A stretch of 64,000 nt of DNA from an uncultured Acidobacteriota bacterium (GTDB lineage: Bacteria > Acidobacteriota > UBA6911), in the NCBI GenBank assembly GCA_963843575.1, contig CAWJKZ010000026.1:1-64000 (forward strand), read 5' to 3'. Shown here piece after piece: positions 58,927 through 64,000 of this stretch; positions within the stretch are counted from its first letter, which is position 1, and each line of letters starts with the position of its first letter. The notes beneath the pieces were generated by a model. The model saw only the letters and a program-made list of their open reading frames with translations, had not been told where the DNA came from and made no database searches. Position numbers and translations under genes: made by a program.

Positions 58927-59520
58927 TCAACTCGCCTTGACTTCATGCGGCCAGAGCGGAAGTTCCTGGCTTTGCTTTGGTTCCTGAAAAGCCGCTGGTG
59001 CCTCGAAGGCCTCCGCCACACGGGTTATCGTCTCGAGCGACCGTGCCATCACCTCGGCAGTCGCCCGGGCGATAATGGCGCGATTGAAGGCAGCGTCCAG
59101 CCATCTCGGGTTCTTATACCGCAACTCCCAGATCAGCGCGCATTCCCGGTCCATGGAGGCGATCCGGAAATTGCACTCATAGCTCAGCCCGTGGCGGTTC
59201 CGGCAGATGTAGCTGAACTCGCGGTTGCGAATGCACCGGATCCGGATCTCGTCGGAGATCGTTCCCGCGCCTTGCACGCGCCATTGCTGCGGGACGTGTT
59301 CTCCCCACCGTGCCAGAGTCGTAAACCCGAGTCCCCTCGGGAACCACTGCGGGCGCCGGCACCACTCGGGGATGCGGGCGACGTCCGCGACGACGTCGAA
59401 CACGCGGTTGGCGGGAGCCCGAATCGCGGTGCTGCGAACGATCCGCGTCTGGCGCGCAGCCTCGTTCCGAATGGCAAGATAAGCACCGGCAAGGAACGCA
59501 AGAGATGTCCAGGTGGCCAT
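58927..59520 (-). CDS. SRPBCC/START-like protein with N-terminal hydrophobic segment
   Basis: IVRSTAIRAPANRVFDVVADVARIPEW and C-terminal helix. Confidence 0.65.
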   Translation of the reverse strand: MATWTSLAFLAGAYLAIRNEAARQTRIVRSTAIRAPANRVFDVVADVARIPEWCRRPQWFPRGLGFTTLARWGEHVPQQWRVQGAGTISDEIRIRCIRNREFSYICRNRHGLSYECNFRIASMDRECALIWELRYKNPRWLDAAFNRAIIARATAEVMARSLETITRVAEAFEAPAAFQEPKQSQELPLWPHEVKAS

Positions 59521-59699
59521 AGTAAGGTGTCCTTACCAGCAAAGACGGTCGCTCGCGGGTTTATTAGCGCAGACCGTCGCTGAATTTTTTCCCCGCACCC
59601 CTGGATTGTCCGGTCCCGGTGGAATCGTCGATGGTCACCGGCTGGCGCGCAGCTGTGGGGCACGCCCGCGCTCGCCCCCGAACCGTCGGCCCTGGTTCG

Positions 59700-59728
59700 T
59701 TGAAACGCGCCGGAGCCGAGGGTATAAT
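59700..59728 (+). promoter_or_regulatory. sigma70-like promoter of the DUF1573 gene
   Basis: TTGAAA-N17-TATAAT, 44 nt before the ATG. Confidence 0.7.
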
Positions 59729-59772
59729 TCCGCCCGGTGCGGGAAGTCACTCACCATCCACTGGAGTTGCGC

Positions 59773-60486
59773 ATGAGGGTATATGGGATTGGGCTGACGT
59801 TGTTTTTGCTCTCGCTCGGGGCATGGCCCGCGGCGGCGCAGGACCAGGTCCCGGTGCTGGTGTTCGAGAGCCAGACCAAGGACTTCGGGAAGGTTTTGGA
59901 GGGCGCGCCGATCAAGCACGTCTTCAAGTTTGCCAACAAGGGCGGGGCCGTGCTGGAGATCTTTAAGGTCGAAGGTTCCTGAGGGTGCACCGCAGCTTTG
60001 CTGTCAGCAAAGCAAATCCAGCCGGGGCAATCGGGGCAGATCGAGGTTACGGTAAAAACGGAGGGGATAGCGGCGGGGGCCCTCAGCAAGTCGGTCACGG
60101 TGCAGACGAACGACCCGCGTCAACCCCAGGCGGTGTTGACCGTCACGGCCGTCGTCGCCCCGGAGTTCAACCTCTCGGAGCGGTTTCTCTACTTCGGCTC
60201 CGTCCCGAAAGGGAAGGAGGCGACCAGGGAGATCACGATCACGATCCCGGCCGACAACCCCGCGAAGGTCGTGTCGGCGGAGTCCACCGACCAGAGCGTG
60301 ACGGCGCGCCTGGAAACGGTGTCGCTGTCGGGCGAGAAGAAGTACAAGATCGTGGTGACCCAGAAGGCGGATTCAAAAGAGGGGTACCACTTCGGCTTCA
60401 TCGTGGCGAAGACAACGAGCGCCCTCACCCCCGAGCTGAAAATCGCAGTCCGCGGCGTGGTGGCGCCCGCACAGCAGGCCAACTGA
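59773..60486 (+). CDS. Exported DUF1573-like Ig-fold protein, predicted selenoprotein (Sec70, U-G-C motif)
   Basis: Signal peptide ending AAA-Q; DFGKVLEGAPIKHVFKFANKGGAVLEIFKVEGS-TGA-GCTAALLSAKQIQPGQSGQIEVTV...KSVTVQTNDP; TGA at 59980-59982 is in frame with both halves. Confidence 0.85.
59995..60013 (+). promoter_or_regulatory. Candidate SECIS hairpin of the DUF1573 gene
   Basis: Perfect GCTTTGCT-GTC-AGCAAAGC stem-loop starting at +13 after UGA. Confidence 0.75.
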
Positions 60487-60534
60487 TCCCTTCCGCCGTG
60501 CAGGGGGCCGCCGGGAATCTATCTCTCGCATGGA

Positions 60535-60595
60535 TGAGACCTTCGGGTCTTCGGAGTGAGCATAAAGACTTCACCCCGAAGGTCCGAAGGTCTCA
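60535..60595. repeat. Long imperfect palindrome between convergent genes
   Basis: GAGACCTTCGGGTCTTCGGAGTGA vs reverse complement of TCACCCCGAAGGTCCGAAGGTCTC (21/24). Confidence 0.6.
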
Positions 60596-60606
60596 CAGCA
60601 TTCTCC

Positions 60607-61089
60607 TCACATGAAAGCCTTGATCAGCTCCGTCTGGATGGACTTCAGGTTGGAGTGGGCGTGATCGAGTTCGGCGATCTTGGCCTCCAGGGTGCGCAGC
60701 AGGGCCCTCTTGTCCAGCCCGTTCTTTACGATCATCAGCAGATTATCGTTGTCCCAGGGTTTTTCGACATATTGGTACAGGCCGACGGTGTTGATCGCCT
60801 TGATGGCGTTTTCCTTGTCGGCGTAACCGGTCAGCAGTACCCGGATCGCCTGAGGCTGCAACTCCTTGTAGCGGGTCAGAAAGCTGATCCCGTCCATGCC
60901 GGGCATCAGGTAGTCGGATATGACGAGGTCCACGGGCTTGTCGGTTGCCTCGGCCAGGGCTTCCTCCGGCGAGGCGTACACGATGGTGTTGTAGTTCGTC
61001 TGCAGCCTGAACAGGTTCCGGAGCGAGGTCGTGACCATTTCCTCGTCGTCGAGGATGAGGATCGTCGGCCGGTAGTTATTGCTGTCCAT
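60607..61089 (-). CDS. Response regulator (receiver + short coiled coil)
   Basis: ILILDDE, LVISDYLMPGMDG, LLTGYAD, YVEKPWD. Confidence 0.92.
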   Translation of the reverse strand: MDSNNYRPTILILDDEEMVTTSLRNLFRLQTNYNTIVYASPEEALAEATDKPVDLVISDYLMPGMDGISFLTRYKELQPQAIRVLLTGYADKENAIKAINTVGLYQYVEKPWDNDNLLMIVKNGLDKRALLRTLEAKIAELDHAHSNLKSIQTELIKAFM

Positions 61090-62272
61090 TTGTGATCCTT
61101 TCGCCGGAGTGCGAGATCGGAAGAACGATGGTGAATGTAGATCCCCGGCCCGCTTCGCTTTCCACCTCGATCCTGCCGCCGTGGTCCTGGATGATCCGGT
61201 AGCAGATGGAGAGCCCGAGACCGGTTCCCAGGCCCGCCTTCTTGGTGGTGAAGCCGGGGTCGAACACCTTCGGCAAAACCTCCGGCGGGATGCCCTTCCC
61301 GTTGTCGGAGAATGCGATTCGGACCGTGTCGTCCTGCTCCCACGTGCGGATGCGGATTTCCCCCTCCCCCTCGATCGCCTGGGATGCATTCACCAGGATA
61401 TTCATGAAAACCTGGTTAAGCTGGTTAGGATAGCATTCGATCTCGCGCACGGCACCGAACTCCTTGACCACGCGGACTCGGCGTTTGAGTTCGTGGGCGA
61501 CGAGCGTAAGTGTGCTCTCTATCCCCTCGTGGATATCCACCTTCTTCCGCTCGGCCTCGTCCAGGCGGGCGAAGTTGCGCAGGCTTCTGACGATCTTGAC
61601 TATGCGCTCGCAGGCCATGCGGTTCGTGCGAATGGCGTCGTCGATCATAGACAGGATTTCCGCCAGGTTGCCCCCAGGCTGGAAGATTTCGGGCGGGACG
61701 TGCTCCCGCAGCAGCTGGTGCACCTTCTGGTTCGTGAGGCTGAAAATGTCGTTGTTGCTGTTGATGCTGGCCAGCGGCGTGTTTATTTCGTGCGCGATGC
61801 CGGCGACCAGGCTGCCTAGGGCGGCCATCTTCTCGGCTTGGACCAGCTGGCCCTGGGATTCGAGCAGCAGGCGGGATTTCTCCTCGAGTTCCTCCCGGAG
61901 GCGAGCGGCGTCTAGGCGCAGACGCCTCTGTTCGGCCGTGCGCACGACGACCCGGCGGATCTCTTCGGCGGCGGCCGGCCACATCACGTAGTCAGCGGCT
62001 CCCGTTTCCATGCACAGGGCGGCCCGCGTGGGATCGGCCGTGGCGACGAGGAGGGCAGCCGAAGGGGTGTGGCTCCGGGCGGCCTCGACCCACTGCGCGC
62101 ACGAATTTGCCGAAGCGTCGGCCCAGACCAGGAGGACCTCCGCCCCAGGCAGGACGTCCAAGGCACCTTCCACCGTCGTTGCCGTGACGACGTCGAACCC
62201 CGGAACCTCCAGGCAGTTCCGTATGGGCGCCGCGCCGTCATTTTCCTCGACGACCACAACCCGGTACGTCAT
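61076..62272 (-). CDS. Cytoplasmic histidine kinase with degenerate N-terminal receiver
   Basis: EKMAALGSLVAGIAHEINTP, LNQVFMNILVNASQA, DNGKG, FTTK, GTGLGL. Confidence 0.92.
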   Translation of the reverse strand: MTYRVVVVEENDGAAPIRNCLEVPGFDVVTATTVEGALDVLPGAEVLLVWADASANSCAQWVEAARSHTPSAALLVATADPTRAALCMETGAADYVMWPAAAEEIRRVVVRTAEQRRLRLDAARLREELEEKSRLLLESQGQLVQAEKMAALGSLVAGIAHEINTPLASINSNNDIFSLTNQKVHQLLREHVPPEIFQPGGNLAEILSMIDDAIRTNRMACERIVKIVRSLRNFARLDEAERKKVDIHEGIESTLTLVAHELKRRVRVVKEFGAVREIECYPNQLNQVFMNILVNASQAIEGEGEIRIRTWEQDDTVRIAFSDNGKGIPPEVLPKVFDPGFTTKKAGLGTGLGLSICYRIIQDHGGRIEVESEAGRGSTFTIVLPISHSGERITNGQQ

Positions 62273-62701
62273 CGCTGTGTTTCCACCACGCTGGCCAGGC
62301 GCCGGATGCGTGAGACCAGGTGCTTGAAAAGGCCCTCGACGATGTCGACGTGGTCCGACAGCACGTCGTAGAAGTCGTCCCTCGACACGTAGAGCAGCCG
62401 GGATTTTTCCAAGGTCGTGGCGGTCGTGAGTCTCGGTTCGTCGTCAAAGAGCGCCCAGACCCCGAACGAACCGTTCGGGCCGATGCGGTCTATTTCGTCT
62501 TTGCCGCGGACCATGCCCACGCGTTCCGGAGACGACCACATACAGGCCATCGGGGGGGTCGTTCTCACGATACAAGACCTCGCCGGCTCCCGCAGCGACC
62601 TCCTGCGCGAGGGCGGCGAAAAAGGAAATCTGTTCCGAGGTCACGTGGGAAAACAGGTCGATGTTCTGGAGCAGGAGAACTTTTTCAATAATCGTCAGCA
62701 T
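62269..62701 (-). CDS. Stand-alone cyclic-nucleotide-binding domain protein (frameshifted)
   Basis: MLTIIEKVLLLQNIDLFS, LYREND, SFGVWALFDDEPRLTTA. Confidence 0.85.
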
Positions 62702-62710
62702 CCGTCGTCC

Positions 62711-64000
62711 TCAGGCACAGCGCTGCACGGCCCACTCAGCGGTCTCCCGGACGAGAGGCTCGCTGTCGTGGCGCAGGTTGCGGCATTCGTCCAGGAATTC
62801 CGTAAGGCATGCCCTCCCGATCTCGTGGAGCGCGCAGGCACGCAGCCAGACGTCCGGCTGGCGCAGAATGAGGCGCAGCGCTTCCTCCCGGCCGACCGCG
62901 CTAATGCCGAACAGGGAGCTGGCGCGGTTGATGAGACGCTCCGCCGAGGGTTCCTCGAGCAGGGGGAGAATAATCGTCTTCAGATTCTTGTGCAGGAGAT
63001 TGTCCAGGAACTCCAGGGCCGAGGCGCGGCGGTCCGCCCGGTTGCCGCGCAGCGCTGTGTATGCCGAATAGATGTCGTTCTGGGGATACTGCAGCCCGAG
63101 GAGCCGGAAAATGATCTCGAGGTTCTGGTCGAGCCGCTCCCTCAAGGCCCTCGGCAACAGCGTGCTCGCCGTAGTTTCGCTCCCGGGGTCGAATGCCTGC
63201 CACAGGACGAGCGCCTCGTAATAAGAGCGGGTCTGGGCGTAGATGTGTCCCGCGATGGCTGGATTTGCCGGGGGCAAGTCGGGAACCTGCGCGTGCAGCC
63301 GGTTCAGCGCCTTGACGACGCGATACTTCAGCAGGGGATCCTTGACCTCGAGCTGATCGACCAGCAGGGTGGCGGCGTGTTTGGATTGGATCCTGCCGAG
63401 CAGCCAGGGGATCTCCCGTCTCAGGGCGAGGTCTCTGCGCCCATCGGCCAACACGTCTCCCAGGGTGCCGGCGATGTGCGGCCCGTACATCAGGAGCGCC
63501 TCGCGCGTTGCACGCCGCATCTGCCTCACGGTCAGGAACTTGATGATCTCGAAAAGCATTTCCGGATCCGCCGTCACGCCGGAGGCGCGGACGGCGGCTC
63601 TCCTGACCTCCACCTCCGTGTCCTCGAGCAGCTGCCGCAGTATCCCAATGGTGTCCCGGCGCGGGAGCCGCACCGCAAGCTTGGCGGCCGTCGCGCGTGC
63701 CGCGGCTGTGTGTGCCCCCTCGGTCGCAATCAACTGGCGCACCGACTCGAGGGAGGGCTTGATACTCCCCACGTCGTGCTCTGCCACCCAGTCTGCGGCT
63801 GCGAGCCTGATCTCGGTGCGTTCGTGCCTGAGCAGCGCCTGCAGCGAGGTCGGACCGGCCGCAGGTTCATGGGCGCAGAGGTAATCTACGGCGGCCCGCC
63901 GGACACCAGGCACAGGATCGTCCAAGAGCGGGCGGACCCGGTCCGCCTGATTGCCCGGCAAGACCCCGAGTGTCCGCACCGCTTCCTCCCGGACGTGGGG
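62711..64000 (-). CDS. HEAT-repeat protein, C-terminal part (start outside window)
   Basis: Repeated LLDDPVPGVRRAA, LLEDTEVEVRRAA, RASALEFLDNLL, DSEPLVRETA. Confidence 0.85.
   Translation of the reverse strand, partial: PHVREEAVRTLGVLPGNQADRVRPLLDDPVPGVRRAAVDYLCAHEPAAGPTSLQALLRHERTEIRLAAADWVAEHDVGSIKPSLESVRQLIATEGAHTAAARATAAKLAVRLPRRDTIGILRQLLEDTEVEVRRAAVRASGVTADPEMLFEIIKFLTVRQMRRATREALLMYGPHIAGTLGDVLADGRRDLALRREIPWLLGRIQSKHAATLLVDQLEVKDPLLKYRVVKALNRLHAQVPDLPPANPAIAGHIYAQTRSYYEALVLWQAFDPGSETTASTLLPRALRERLDQNLEIIFRLLGLQYPQNDIYSAYTALRGNRADRRASALEFLDNLLHKNLKTIILPLLEEPSAERLINRASSLFGISAVGREEALRLILRQPDVWLRACALHEIGRACLTEFLDECRNLRHDSEPLVRETAEWAVQRCA

Overview
GC-rich bacterial chromosomal segment. 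Gene content and order (lysS-lolCE-lolD-clpC-bamA-skp-fabZ-lpxA-lpxI, SpoIID lipoprotein-miaA, DUF4388) look like Acidobacteriota; this is an inference. It is mostly housekeeping and envelope genes: gatB, miaA, the lipid A/OM biogenesis operon, ribH-nusB-lysS, acs, a cobalamin-riboswitch-led btuFCD-btuB operon, mtnA-tsaD, a ~15 kb glycosyltransferase/wzm-wzt/ligase cluster, IDH-like dehydrogenase, tryptophanase, queG, thyA, and a HEAT/cNMP/kinase/regulator cluster. Many essential genes in the first ~38 kb carry indel frameshifts, most likely read/assembly error, and the first ~305 bp appear to be a chimeric join to a foreign gene. Main hidden signal: two genes about 2.6 kb apart are split in the ORF track by an in-frame TGA exactly at a conserved Cys, each followed by a SECIS-like hairpin with a GT-starting loop. 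One is a Sec-type Bcp peroxiredoxin. The other is an exported DUF1573-like Ig-fold protein with a U-G-C motif, a candidate unusual secreted selenoprotein. Also found: a candidate switchable structured leader upstream of acs, two MITE-like elements with TIRs and 5-bp direct repeats, REP/REPIN-type repeats, and two unannotated small membrane ORFs.
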